64,000 bases of DNA from an uncultured delta proteobacterium. Lineage in GTDB: Bacteria; Myxococcota_A; UBA9160; SZUA-336. Shown piece after piece: positions 54,478 to 64,000 of this stretch. The stretch's first letter is position 1; each line of letters begins with the position of its first letter. The notes beneath the pieces are model-generated. The model did no database searches. It was not told the origin of the DNA and was given only the letters and a program-made list of their open reading frames with translations. A program made the position numbers and the translations under genes. The stretch lies in contig CAVPHD010000007.1 in the NCBI GenBank assembly GCA_963704165.1, positions 1 through 64,000 of the forward strand, in the 5' to 3' direction.

Positions 54478-55964
54478 ATGTCCGCGACCCTCGCCATCCT
54501 GCTGACGCTCGCCCTTCCCGATGCGCTGCTGCCGAGCTGGGACGGAGCCGCGCCGCCGGCTGCGCCGAGGAAGCTCGTCGCCCGTCCGGGCGCGCTTCTG
54601 CTCGGCACCGATTCGGGGCTCTACGCACGGCGCGAGGCCTCACGCACGTGGCGGCTCGTGCTCGCTCGCGAGGACGTGCGCGATCTCGTGCCGACGGACT
54701 CGGGAGCGATCGTCGCGAGCGGCGGAAGGCTCTACGAGTGGAGCGCCGAGCGCGACGACGCGCGCGAGCTCTCGCTCGGCGCCGGAGCCGACGCAAGCGG
54801 CGTCGCGATCGATGCCCACGGGACCGCCTGGATCGCGACCGCGGCCGGACTCTACCGGCGCGACGCGGGCGATCGGGAGTTCATCCGCGAGTCGGCCCTT
54901 CCAGCGGGAGAGGTGAGTGCCGTGACACGCGTCGGTGAATTCCTCTGGGTCGCGTCCGACGGTGCGCTCTGGTCCGGCTCGCGCACGCTGGGGTTCACGC
55001 AGCGGTTGAGCGGGCTCGAAGCCGGTTGGTGGGAGCTCTGCGGCGCGGTCGAGCGTCCGGATGCGACGCTGCTCTGTGTACCCGGAGGAATCTGGCGCGT
55101 CGACGCGAGCGGTGCGCGTCGGATCGAAATCGGCGCGGGCCGGCTCTTCGCGCTCGCGGGCGCGGAGGGGCTCGTGTTCGCGGCGGGTGAGGGGGGACTC
55201 TACGCGTTCGCCGAAGACGAGCCGATCTCGGGTGCGGGCCGGCAGCAGCTCTCGGTTCCCGCCTATGGCCTCGCGGTCGCGAACGGCGAGCTGCTCGTCG
55301 CGACCGACCGAGGGATCGCGACGTTCGCCCTCGCCTCGCGCATGGCCGCGAAGCCACCCGGCGCCGACGAACTTCTCGAAGCCGAGCCGGGGCAGGACCT
55401 GCGCATCGCTCCGAAGCGCGCGCACGCCTCGCAGATCCAGCAGCTCCAGCGCGCGGCGCTCGCGTACCTCGAGCTCTCGCCGTCGAGGCTCTCCGAGATC
55501 GAGGCGCGCGCGCGGCGAAGCGCGCTCCTGCCCGAGCTGCGCGCCTCGCTCTTCTACGACCGCGAGAGCTCGCGCGGGGTCGATCACGATCAGGTCTTCA
55601 CCTCGGGCGTTCACGCGCAGCTCTTCGACTCCGACAACGACCGCAGCCACGGCTACGACGTCGGTGTCTCTCTGGTCTGGGAGCTCTCGGAGCTCGCGTC
55701 GCCGGACCACGCGCTCGCGATCTCGCGCGAGCGCCGGAGCCTCGTGACGCTGCGCGATCAGGTGCTCGAGCGCGTGAACCACCTGTACTTCGCGCGGCTG
55801 CGCGTGCTCGCCGGCTCGATGCGCTCGACGCCGCCGACGAGACGAAGCGCGCGGAGCTCGAGCTCGATGCCGCGGAGATCGCCGCGCAGCTCGACGCCTG
55901 GAGCGGAGGCGTGTTCTCGCGCCTCGAAGCCAACTCACCCCTCGAAGCCAAGAGGAAACCCTGA
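54478..55964 (+). CDS. Hypothetical exported protein: beta-propeller-like repeats plus C-terminal helical/beta domain (frameshift near 55812)
   Basis: Repeats GTDSGLY, IATAAGLY, AAGEGGLY, VATDRGI; C-terminal LLPELR...WEL...VNHLYFAR. The corrected frame ends LDAWSGGVFSR...KP* with TGATG coupling to the next gene. Confidence 0.65.
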
Positions 55965-56623
55965 TGACTCGAACTCCGATGACTCTGCTCGGAACGACCG
56001 CGCTCGCGCTCGGCTCACTTCTCGCCACACCGGCGGGTGCGGTACAGATCAGTGAGCTGCTCTACGACGCCGTCGGCAGCGACAACGGCACGATCTTCGT
56101 CGAGCTCTGGGGCGTGCCCGGCACGTCCCTGGACGGCTGGCGGATCGAGGGCGTGAACGGCGCGGACGGCGTGATCGGCCCGATCGTCACGCTCGCCGGC
56201 CAGATCGACACGGACGGCTTCTTCGTCGTGGCCGACTCCGACGCCGGTTCGACGCAGATCGCCAACGCCGACCTGCTCGCGAACTTCGACTTCCAGAACG
56301 GCCCCGATTCGATCGTGCTCCGCGATGCGATCGGCAACGTCCTCGATGCGCTCGGATACGGCAGCTTCGGTGTCGCGGACGTCTTTGCGGGCGAAGGCGG
56401 ACCGGTACCCGATGGCGCGCCCGGCCAGAGCCTCGCGCGCATCTTCGCCAACCGCGACACCGACGACAACGCCGCCGATTTCGTCTTGCTCGATCTTCCG
56501 ACGCCGGGCACGGGTCCGCTCGCGGTGCCCGAGCCGGTCGCCCTCGCTCCGCTCGCGCTCTTCGCGTGCACGTTCGCTCTCGCTCGCCTCGGGAGCCTCC
56601 GTACTCCCTCGGCGGTCAGGTAG
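55964..56623 (+). CDS. Lamin-tail-domain protein with PEP-CTERM-like tail
   Basis: Signal peptide; VQISELLYDAVGSD...FVELWG, FQNGPDSIVL, GQSLAR, DTDDNAADF, PTPG; VPEP followed by a hydrophobic helix. Confidence 0.8.
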   Translation: MTRTPMTLLGTTALALGSLLATPAGAVQISELLYDAVGSDNGTIFVELWGVPGTSLDGWRIEGVNGADGVIGPIVTLAGQIDTDGFFVVADSDAGSTQIANADLLANFDFQNGPDSIVLRDAIGNVLDALGYGSFGVADVFAGEGGPVPDGAPGQSLARIFANRDTDDNAADFVLLDLPTPGTGPLAVPEPVALAPLALFACTFALARLGSLRTPSAVR

Positions 56624-56637
56624 GACCGCCCCTCCCC

Positions 56638-56680
56638 GGGGTGGTCCGGAGCTCTTCCGACTCCGGGCCACCCCACTTTG
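56638..56680 (+). terminator. Strong hairpin, probable intrinsic terminator
   Basis: GGGGTGGTCCGGAG / CTCCGGGCCACCCC 14-bp stem with one G-U pair, 9-nt loop, followed by ACTTT. Confidence 0.6.
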
Positions 56681-56759
56681 GGCGCACGCGATCGAAGCCG
56701 ATACGTTGCGTGCCCGAGGTGCGTCTCGCACAATCGGCCGCGGAGGGGTGAGAGAGGCG

Positions 56760-57140
56760 ATGGTCGGCGGCTTCAATACGAACATCCGCTACCGCGGGCA
56801 GATCTTCCACGTCCAGACCGAGGACGGCGGAAAGGAGAGCCCGAGCATCATCACGTTGCTGTACCGCGGCGGAGCGATTCTCTTCTCGAAGAAGACGAGC
56901 TACGCGGATCAGGTCGGCGTGGCCGATCAGGAATCCGTCGTGCGACAGCTGATGGAAGCGCAGCACAGCGCGATGGTGCAGGCGCTGAAGTCCGGCAAGG
57001 CCGACGACAAGATCGGGCTCGCTTCGGCGGACGCCCAGACGAATCCAGCGGTCGCGCCGCGTGCCGCGGAGTTCGGTGCGGGGCTGATCTCGCGCCGCAC
57101 GCTCGATGAAGTGATCCTCGCGCATCTCGCCGGGCGCTAG
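56760..57140 (+). CDS. Hypothetical protein (126 aa) upstream of ftsE
   Basis: GAGG SD; MVGGFNTNIRYRGQIFHVQTEDGG...ITLLYRGGAILFSKKTSY...LMEAQH; C-terminal TLDEVILAHL. Confidence 0.8.
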   Translation: MVGGFNTNIRYRGQIFHVQTEDGGKESPSIITLLYRGGAILFSKKTSYADQVGVADQESVVRQLMEAQHSAMVQALKSGKADDKIGLASADAQTNPAVAPRAAEFGAGLISRRTLDEVILAHLAGR

Positions 57141-57181
57141 ACCGAACCGGCGTCGCCTCCCCTCCAGGAGTCGAGGCGAGC

Positions 57182-57892
57182 ATGATCCAGATGTACCACG
57201 TCGATCTCCGCTACACGGGCGGGACGTATGGCTTGCGCGACATCTCGCTCACGCTCGAGCGCGGCGAGTTCGTGTTCCTCACCGGCTCCAGCGGCGCGGG
57301 CAAGACGTCGCTCCTGCGGCTGCTCTTCGGCGCGGAGCAGCCGAGCGCGGGGCAGATCCTCGTGTCGGGCCGCAACATCACGCGCATCCGGGCCGCGCAG
57401 GTGCCGGCGCTGCGCCGCCAGATCGGCGTGATCTTCCAGGACTTCAAGCTCCTGCCCGAGCGCACGGTCTTCGAGAACGTCGCCATCGCGCTCGAGATCG
57501 CGGGCACCGCCAAGCGCGACATCCGCACACGGGTCTGGAGCCTGCTGAAGCGCCTCGGTCTCGGTCACCGCATCGACCACCGCCCGCGAACGCTCTCGGG
57601 CGGGGAGCAGCAGCGTGTGGCGATCGCGCGCGCGCTCGTCAACGATCCACCGCTGCTTCTCGCGGACGAGCCGACCGGCAACCTCGACCCCGATCTCGCG
57701 CTCGACATCATGGACATCATCGCCGACGCCCACGCACGGGGTACGACGGTGCTCGTCGCGACGCACGATCCGACGCTGCTCGAGCGCTACCGCCACCGTC
57801 AGATCGTGCTCGACGCGGGGCGACTGGCCGGCGACCGCGCGGCGGAGACCTACGGACTCGGTGCCCGGACCATCGGAGCGACGCGCGCGTGA
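57182..57892 (+). CDS. ftsE: Cell division ATP-binding protein FtsE
   Basis: [50 protein letters not shown]. Confidence 0.96.
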   Translation: MIQMYHVDLRYTGGTYGLRDISLTLERGEFVFLTGSSGAGKTSLLRLLFGAEQPSAGQILVSGRNITRIRAAQVPALRRQIGVIFQDFKLLPERTVFENVAIALEIAGTAKRDIRTRVWSLLKRLGLGHRIDHRPRTLSGGEQQRVAIARALVNDPPLLLADEPTGNLDPDLALDIMDIIADAHARGTTVLVATHDPTLLERYRHRQIVLDAGRLAGDRAAETYGLGARTIGATRA

Positions 57893-58810
57893 TCGACGCC
57901 CGCTCGGTCCGCCGCCTCTCCGCGTCTCTGCGCTCGGGTCTGCGCGGCGCTCGCGAGCGGCCGTTGGTCTTCGGGCTCTCGGTCGCGACGATGGCCGCGG
58001 GGCTGCTGGTGCTCGGAACCTATCTCTTGATCGCGGCGAACCTGCGCGGCGTGCTCGAACGCGTCGGCGCGGACTTCCGACTGGTCGCCTTCACCTCCCT
58101 CACGGGTGCGTCCACGTCTGCCGAGATCGACGCGCTCGGCGCGCGCCTGCGAATCCCTTCCCGGTGTCGCCGCCTCGCACTACGTGACGCCCGACGAGGC
58201 GATGGCGCGGCTGCGCGGCGATCTCGGCGAGGACGCGAGCGTTCTCGACGGGATGGCGAAGAACCCGCTGCCCGGGTCGTTCGAGCTGGTGATCGCGGCC
58301 GATCGGCGCGATCCGGCGGAGCTTCGGGCGCTCGCCGCGACCGTCGAAGAGCTGCCCGGCGTCAGCGAGGTTCGGTTCGGCGAAGCCTGGGTCGAAGGTT
58401 ACGCGCGGATCGTCCGGATGATCGAGTGGCTCGGTCTCGGGCTCGGCGCGTTCCTCGTGGCGGTCCTCGGAGCGATCGTGGCGGGCACGGTGCGGCTCTC
58501 GGTGCACGCGCGCAGCGACGAGATCCAGATCCAGCGACTCGTAGGCGCGGGCGGGCTCTTCGTCCGGCTCCCGTTCTATCTGGAAGGGGCGCTTCAGGGA
58601 GGACTCGCCGCGCTGGCGGCGCTGCTGCTCCTCTGGGTGCTTCACGCGCTCGGCATGCCGCTGCTCGCGGATGCGCTCACCTGGCTCGTCGGCTCGCAGA
58701 CGCTGGTCTTCTTCGGTGCGCTCGAGGCGGCGGGTCTGGTCGCGTTGGGCGTCCTGCTCGGCCTCGGCGGTGCACTGATCTCGTTGTTCAACCTCGAGGA
58801 CCGCGCGTGA
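57889..58810 (+). CDS. ftsX: Cell division permease FtsX (frameshift near 58155)
   Basis: N-terminal TM helix in one frame, then NPLPGSF, TVRLSVHARSDEI, LVGA, PFYLEG in another. Confidence 0.9.
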
Positions 58811-59967
58811 CGGGGCTGGCGCGAGCTCTCGCGCTCGCGGCGGCGCTCGCGTCTCTGGCGGGCCCCGCCTTCGCTGCGGACCCGGGGCAGCGACTCGAGG
58901 GTCTGCGCAAGGAGATCGAGTCTCGCGAGGCGAAGGCCCGCGAGCTCGGCGCCGAGGCCGAGGGATTCCTCGGCGAGATCGAAGCCGTCGATCGAGAGCT
59001 CGTCGAGACGCGGCGCGGCGCCCGACTGCTGCGCGAACGCGAACGCGAGGCGACGCGCGAGCTCGAAGTCGCGCGCGCGGGTGCGAAGACGGCCGCGGGC
59101 GCGCTCGCGGCGACGGAGCGCGGCCTCGAGGAGAGGCTCGTCGCGCTCTACAAGTGGAATGCCACCGGCGGCATCGCGTCGATGTGGTCCGCGGGCGACT
59201 TCGCGAGCTTCGCGCGCCGACGCGAGGGGATGGCGCGGATCGTCGCGCAGGACCGCGCGCTCTTCGCCCGACACGCGCGCCAGCGCGCCGAGTTCGAGGC
59301 CCGGCAGAACGAGAGCAAGCTCTTGCTGCGCGAGGTCTCCGAAGCCCGACGCGAAGCGGTGTCGCGCGAGGAACGCGCGCGCCGGCGTCTGGTCGAGCGC
59401 CGGAACATGGTCGGCTTGCTGCGCACCCGAGCCGAGCGCGAGGAGAAGGCGGCGGCGGAGCTCCGCGACGCCGCAAGCCAGCTCGAGAGGGCGATCGAGC
59501 AGATGCCGAAGAGCGCGTCGGGTCCGCCCGCCGCGCGAAGCCCGGGTCTGGCCCCCGTTCCCGGGTCGGGTCTCCTCCGGGGGCAGACGGCCCGGCCCGT
59601 GGCCGGACGCACCCGCGCGGGATTTGGCCGGCAGACCGATCCGGAGTTCCAGACCAAGACGCTGCGGACCGGGATCGAGATCGCGGCCCCGGCCGGAGCG
59701 CCGGTCCTGGCGGTGGGTCCCGGCCGGGTGCTCTTCGCCGGCTGGTTCCGTGGCTACGGGCAGATGGTGATTCTGGACCACGGCTCCGGCGACCTGTCGG
59801 TTTCGGGCTACCTGGATGCGGTCCACGTGGCCGCCGGCGACAGTGTCGCGCTCGGTCAGCCGATCGGATCGGTGGGTGAGACTGGATCGGCGTCCGGACC
59901 CGGGCTTTACTTCGAGATTCGACACGACGGAAAGGCCGTCGATCCCGCGCTCTGGCTCGAGAAATGA
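58807..59967 (+). CDS. envC: EnvC-like murein hydrolase activator (coiled coil plus degenerate M23 domain)
   Basis: Signal peptide, long coiled coil, GWFRGYGQMVILDHG, LYFEIR; zinc ligands absent. Confidence 0.85.
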   Translation: MTGLARALALAAALASLAGPAFAADPGQRLEGLRKEIESREAKARELGAEAEGFLGEIEAVDRELVETRRGARLLREREREATRELEVARAGAKTAAGALAATERGLEERLVALYKWNATGGIASMWSAGDFASFARRREGMARIVAQDRALFARHARQRAEFEARQNESKLLLREVSEARREAVSREERARRRLVERRNMVGLLRTRAEREEKAAAELRDAASQLERAIEQMPKSASGPPAARSPGLAPVPGSGLLRGQTARPVAGRTRAGFGRQTDPEFQTKTLRTGIEIAAPAGAPVLAVGPGRVLFAGWFRGYGQMVILDHGSGDLSVSGYLDAVHVAAGDSVALGQPIGSVGETGSASGPGLYFEIRHDGKAVDPALWLEK

Positions 59968-59988
59968 GTTCCACCGAGAAAGGCATCC

Positions 59989-61443
59989 ATGAGCACGCAA
60001 CGAACTAGACTCGGCAAGATCCTCCGGTTTGCGCTCCCGGTCGCACTGCTCGCGGCACTGGTCGCAGGGGGTGCGAGTACGCTGCGGTCGAGTCCGACCG
60101 GTCCGAGCTACGAAGATCTCGCGCTACTCACGAACGTGTTGCACCTGGTTCAGCAGCACTACGTGAAGGACGTCAACGAGCACCAGCTCGTCGAGGGCGC
60201 GCTGAAGGGCATGCTCGACACACTCGATCCGCACACGTCGTATCTCTCGCGCGATCTCTACAAGGAGATGCAGCGCGATACCAAGGGCGAGTTCGAAGGC
60301 CTCGGCATCGAGATCACCAAGGGCGATGGCGAGAAGGGCGACGGGTTCGTGACCGTCGTCGCGCCGATCGACGGAACGCCCGCGGCGCTCGCGGGTCTCC
60401 AGGCCAAGGACCAGATCGTCGCCGTCTGTCCGGACGCGACCGAGAAATCCTGCAAGGGCACGCAGGACATGAACCTGCTCGAGGCCGTGAAGCTCATGCG
60501 CGGTCCCCGCGGCACGAAGATCATGATCCAGATCCTGCGCGCAGGCTGGACGCAGCCCAAGCCGTTCATCATCAAGCGCGCGTCGATCCGCGTTTCGAGC
60601 GTTCAGCTGCACATGCTCGAGAAGGACCTCCCGTACGTTCGCATCTCGCAGTTCCAGGAGCGCACGTCGGAAGATCTGCAGGACGCGCTCAAGCAGGCGC
60701 ACCTGAAGGCGGGCGGTCCGTTCCGCGGTCTCGTGCTCGACCTTCGCGACAACCCGGGCGGCCTGCTCGACCAGGCCGTGAAGGTCGGCGACATCTGGCT
60801 CGACAGCGGATTGATCGTCTTCTCCGAGGGGAGAAGCGGCGGCAACCGCATGGAGTGGCACGCGAAACGCGAGGGCACCGAGGTCGAGTATCCGATGATC
60901 GTGCTCGTCAACGGTGGGAGTGCCTCGGCGTCGGAGATCGTCTCGGGCGCGCTCCAGGACCACAAGCGCGCGCTGCTGCTCGGCTCGCAGACCTTCGGCA
61001 AGGGATCGGTGCAGACCATCATTCCGCTCGAGGACGGCTCGGGACTTCGTCTCACGACCGCTCTCTACTACCTGCCGAGCGGCCGCTCGATTCAGGAGGT
61101 GCGCGTGCAGCCCGACGTCGCCATCGAGCCGTTCACCGAAGGTGAGCTCGCGGCCGCGAAGGAGACGACGACCGGCCAGCGCCGCCGCGCGGCCGGTGAA
61201 GTGGACCTCGAGGGCCATTTCGAGAACAAGCCCGGCGCCGATTCCAAGGCGAAGCCAACTGAACCCGCGCCGGCACCCGAGGCGAGTGGCGACGCCGAGT
61301 CCGAACCCGCCAACACGGAAGAGGCGAGAGAGGCGCGCTTCCGGAAGCAGCTCGGTGTCGATCGTCAGCTCACCCGAGCCGTCGAGCTGCTCAAGAGCTG
61401 GACGATCTTCTCGAAGCTGTCGTCCGAGGGCGGCGGGTCCTAG
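59989..61443 (+). CDS. ctpA: S41 carboxy-terminal processing protease
   Basis: LDPHTSY, FEGLGIEI (PDZ), LDLRDNPGGLL, SASASEI, TFGKGSVQ. Confidence 0.94.
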   Translation: MSTQRTRLGKILRFALPVALLAALVAGGASTLRSSPTGPSYEDLALLTNVLHLVQQHYVKDVNEHQLVEGALKGMLDTLDPHTSYLSRDLYKEMQRDTKGEFEGLGIEITKGDGEKGDGFVTVVAPIDGTPAALAGLQAKDQIVAVCPDATEKSCKGTQDMNLLEAVKLMRGPRGTKIMIQILRAGWTQPKPFIIKRASIRVSSVQLHMLEKDLPYVRISQFQERTSEDLQDALKQAHLKAGGPFRGLVLDLRDNPGGLLDQAVKVGDIWLDSGLIVFSEGRSGGNRMEWHAKREGTEVEYPMIVLVNGGSASASEIVSGALQDHKRALLLGSQTFGKGSVQTIIPLEDGSGLRLTTALYYLPSGRSIQEVRVQPDVAIEPFTEGELAAAKETTTGQRRRAAGEVDLEGHFENKPGADSKAKPTEPAPAPEASGDAESEPANTEEAREARFRKQLGVDRQLTRAVELLKSWTIFSKLSSEGGGS

Positions 61444-61518
61444 CGGGGCGGGTGCGGCCGCCGAGGCCGCGATTCGAGCCGACGCGATTGCTCCGTCGCG
61501 TTTCGGTACCGTGCCCTC

Positions 61519-62739
61519 GTGGCTTTGCGCGGGGACGACGTGGACGGCGTGCCGGTGCTCCAGGTATCGGAGCTCGTCGATCTGCTTCGCGGCACGCTTC
61601 GCGACGCGTTCGGCGAGGTACGTGTCGAAGGTGAGATCGCGTCGCTCTTCCGCTCGCGGCCGGGTCACCTCTACTTCGACCTGAAGGACGAGGGCGCGCT
61701 GCTTCGCGCCGTGATGTTCCGCGGCGCGGCGAGCGCGATCGAGTTCGAGCCGCAGGACGGAATGCTCGTCCGGGCGCGTGGCCGCGTCGACCTCTACGCC
61801 GAGCGAGGTAGCCTCCAGCTCGTGCTCTCGGATCTGCGCCCGGCCGGAGAGGGGGCGCTGCGCGCGGCGTTCGAGAAGCTCCGCGCGCGGCTCGCGGCGG
61901 AGGGGCTCTTCGACGCCGAACACAAGCGCCCGCTGCCGTTCCTGCCCAGGCGCATCGGGCTGGTGACGTCGATCCAGGGCGCCGTCATCCACGACTTCCT
62001 GCGCGCGCTGCGCGCGCGCTTCCCGGCGAGCGAGGTCGTGGTCTGGGACGCGCGCGTGCAGGGCGACGGCGCGTGGCGCGAGATCGTGCGCGGCCTGCAC
62101 CTGCTCGACGCCGATCCGTCGGTCGAAGTGGTCGTGCTCGCCCGTGGCGGTGGATCGCTCGAGGACCTGTGGAACTTCAATCGCGAAGAGCTCGTCCGCG
62201 CGGTCTTCGAGCTCGGCACACCGGTCGTCTCGGCGATCGGCCACGAGACCGACTGGGTGCTCACCGATCTGGTCGCGGATGCGCGAGCCGCGACGCCGAC
62301 CGCGGCGGCAGCGCTCGTCGCGCCGGATGCCGCGCAGCTCCTGCAGCGGATCGACGAGCTCGAGCTTCGCCTCTCGACCCGTGTCCGCGCGCAGCTTCGC
62401 GAGCTCGCGCACCGGCTCGAAGCGCTGCGACTCGGCCTCGTCCATCCCGCGCGCCGACTGCGCGAGAGCGCGCTGCTCCTGCGCGAGCTTCGTCTGCGCC
62501 TCTCGGCCGCCGCGGTTCGCGCGCGGGATCGAGCCGGCGCGCGGCTCGGGTCGATCGCGAGCCGGCTCGATGCGCTCTCACCGCTGGCGGTGCTCGGTCG
62601 CGGCTTTGGCCTGGCGATCCGCGACTCCGACGGCGCGATCCTGCGCGACGCGCGGCAGGCGCCTGCGGGTGAGAGTATCCTGGTTCGGCTCGCGCGCGGC
62701 CGGCTCCGCGCCACGGTGCGCGAGTCCCTGGAGGATTGA
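61519..62739 (+). CDS. xseA: Exodeoxyribonuclease VII large subunit
   Basis: GHLYFDLKD, RGGGSLEDLWNFN, SAIGHETD, ATPTAAA, LSPLAVLGRGF. Confidence 0.96.
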   Translation: MALRGDDVDGVPVLQVSELVDLLRGTLRDAFGEVRVEGEIASLFRSRPGHLYFDLKDEGALLRAVMFRGAASAIEFEPQDGMLVRARGRVDLYAERGSLQLVLSDLRPAGEGALRAAFEKLRARLAAEGLFDAEHKRPLPFLPRRIGLVTSIQGAVIHDFLRALRARFPASEVVVWDARVQGDGAWREIVRGLHLLDADPSVEVVVLARGGGSLEDLWNFNREELVRAVFELGTPVVSAIGHETDWVLTDLVADARAATPTAAAALVAPDAAQLLQRIDELELRLSTRVRAQLRELAHRLEALRLGLVHPARRLRESALLLRELRLRLSAAAVRARDRAGARLGSIASRLDALSPLAVLGRGFGLAIRDSDGAILRDARQAPAGESILVRLARGRLRATVRESLED

Positions 62740-63032
62740 TGGCCACGCGCCGCGCGGGCAGCAAGGCGACGAGCGAGTCCGGTACCGAGAGCGATGCCGG
62801 GTCCGCGGCTCCGCGCTTCGAGCAGGCGCTCGCGCAGCTCGAGGCGCTGGTGCACAAGCTCGAGAGCGGCGAGCTCGACCTGGAACAGGCCCTCGGCACG
62901 TTCGAGCAGGGCGTCGCGCTCGCGAAGCTCTGCTCGGCTCGCCTCGAGGCCGCAGACCTGCGCATCTCGAAGCTCGAAGAGAGTGCGGGCCGTCTGCGCG
63001 AGCGCGTGCTCGAAATCGGTGACGAGGAGTGA
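62739..63032 (+). CDS. xseB: Exodeoxyribonuclease VII small subunit
   Basis: FEQALAQLEALVHKLESGELDLEQALGTFEQG. Confidence 0.94.
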   Translation: MATRRAGSKATSESGTESDAGSAAPRFEQALAQLEALVHKLESGELDLEQALGTFEQGVALAKLCSARLEAADLRISKLEESAGRLRERVLEIGDEE

Positions 63033-63863
63033 GCGACGCGGCGACGCTCGACGCATTTCTCGCCGACGGCGCCGCGCGGATCGACGTCTATCTCGACGAC
63101 GTCTTGCCGCGCGCGAGCGAGTCACCCGAATCGCTGCACGAGGGCATGCGCTACGCGGTCTTCTCCGGCGGCAAGCGACTTCGGCCGGTGCTGGTCTTCG
63201 CCGCCGCCCACGCCGTCGGGCTCCGCGCGGACCGAGCGCTGCCGGTGGCCGCCTCCGTCGAGCTCGTCCACACGTACTCGCTCGTACATGACGATCTGCC
63301 GGCGATGGACGACGACGATCTGCGCCGGGGTCGTCCGACCGTCCACGTGAAATACGGCGAGGCGAACGCGATCCTGGTGGGCGACGCGCTCCTCGCCGCG
63401 GCGTTCGGCGTGCTCGCGCGCGGCGACGTACCGAGCGCGGTCCTGGCCCGGCTGGCCGAGGCCGCGGGCTCGCGCGCGCTCGTCGGCGGGCAGGTCGATG
63501 ATCTGGCGTTTCGCCCCGAACTCGCGACGGCCGAGCTCGTGCGTTCGATCCACGAGCGAAAGACCGCGGCGCTGTTCCGTTTCTCGACCTGGGCATCCGG
63601 AGCGGTCGCGGGCCGTCCGGTCGCGCGAGCTCGAGCTTCTGGATCGATTCGGCCTGGCCTACGGCCGCGCCTTTCAGCTGGTCGATGACCTGCTCGACGA
63701 CGATCCGGAGGAGTGCTCGATCCTGCGCGTCTGCGACGAGCGGACGGCGCGCGCGCGGGTCGTGGACGAGGTGGCCGACGCGGTCGCTGCGGCCGAGGCC
63801 TTCGGCGATTCGGGCCGCTACCTGCGCGGGCTGGCTAGCGCGGTGAGCGGGCGGCTACCGTAG
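63029..63863 (+). CDS. ispA: Farnesyl/geranylgeranyl diphosphate synthase (frameshift near 63620)
   Basis: GGKRLRP, HTYSLVHDDLPAMDDDDLRRG, KTAALF; AFQLVDDLLD lies in the shifted frame. Confidence 0.9.
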
Positions 63864-63870
63864 GGGCGGC

Positions 63871-64000
63871 ATGAACGAAATCCTGAATGCGATCGATTCT
63901 CCCGGCGAACTCCGCAAGCTGCCCGAGGCACGCCTGCCGGAGGTCGCGGCCACCGTTCGCTCGGAGATCATCGACACGATCTCACGCACGGGCGGCCATC
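63871..64000 (+). CDS. dxs: 1-deoxy-D-xylulose-5-phosphate synthase, 5' fragment
   Basis: MNEILNAIDSPGELRKL...VRSEIIDTISRTGGH; follows xseB-ispA. Confidence 0.88.
   Translation, partial: MNEILNAIDSPGELRKLPEARLPEVAATVRSEIIDTISRTGGH

Noticed and set aside
43959..63863. Programmed frameshifting or pseudogenisation of ccmF, SGNH, ftsX, ispA and the 54478 ORF
   Set aside because: Isolated single indels in otherwise intact, often essential genes, with no slippery heptamer seen; consistent with long-read consensus error.

Overview
High-GC bacterial window. Gene content and order (long-form hisG, CxxxY-type ccmE, PEP-CTERM proteins, ftsEX-envC-ctpA-xseAB-ispA-dxs) suggest a Myxococcota/deltaproteobacteria-like organism; this is inference only. 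Bases 1-~3850 are a noisy reverse-complement copy of ~3860-7975 folded about a hairpin apex at ~3853, most likely a long-read foldback artefact, and several essential genes elsewhere carry single frameshifts that are probably consensus errors. The remainder is mostly housekeeping and cofactor metabolism: D-cysteine desulfhydrase, metH, tldD/pmbA, a membrane adenylate cyclase with two TRL-type lipoproteins, a classical menaquinone operon (menG-F-D-H/B-A-C-E) headed by a MerR-family regulator with a perfect palindromic operator, ffh, plsB, hisG, a variant cytochrome c maturation operon, engB, an lnt/SGNH module, F420 genes cofD-cofC-cofE, and the cell-division/isoprenoid cluster. The best candidates for undescribed biology are: (1) a ~200-nt rod-shaped putative sRNA at 40298-40499 (minus strand) with its own sigma70-like promoter and a C/U-rich loop, followed by a sigma54-like promoter, a structured leader and a Cys4 hypothetical protein; (2) the leaderless MerR regulator and operator heading the men operon, which also has an in-frame MenH-MenB fusion with an internal RBS. 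No tRNA, rRNA, CRISPR array or mobile element was recognised.
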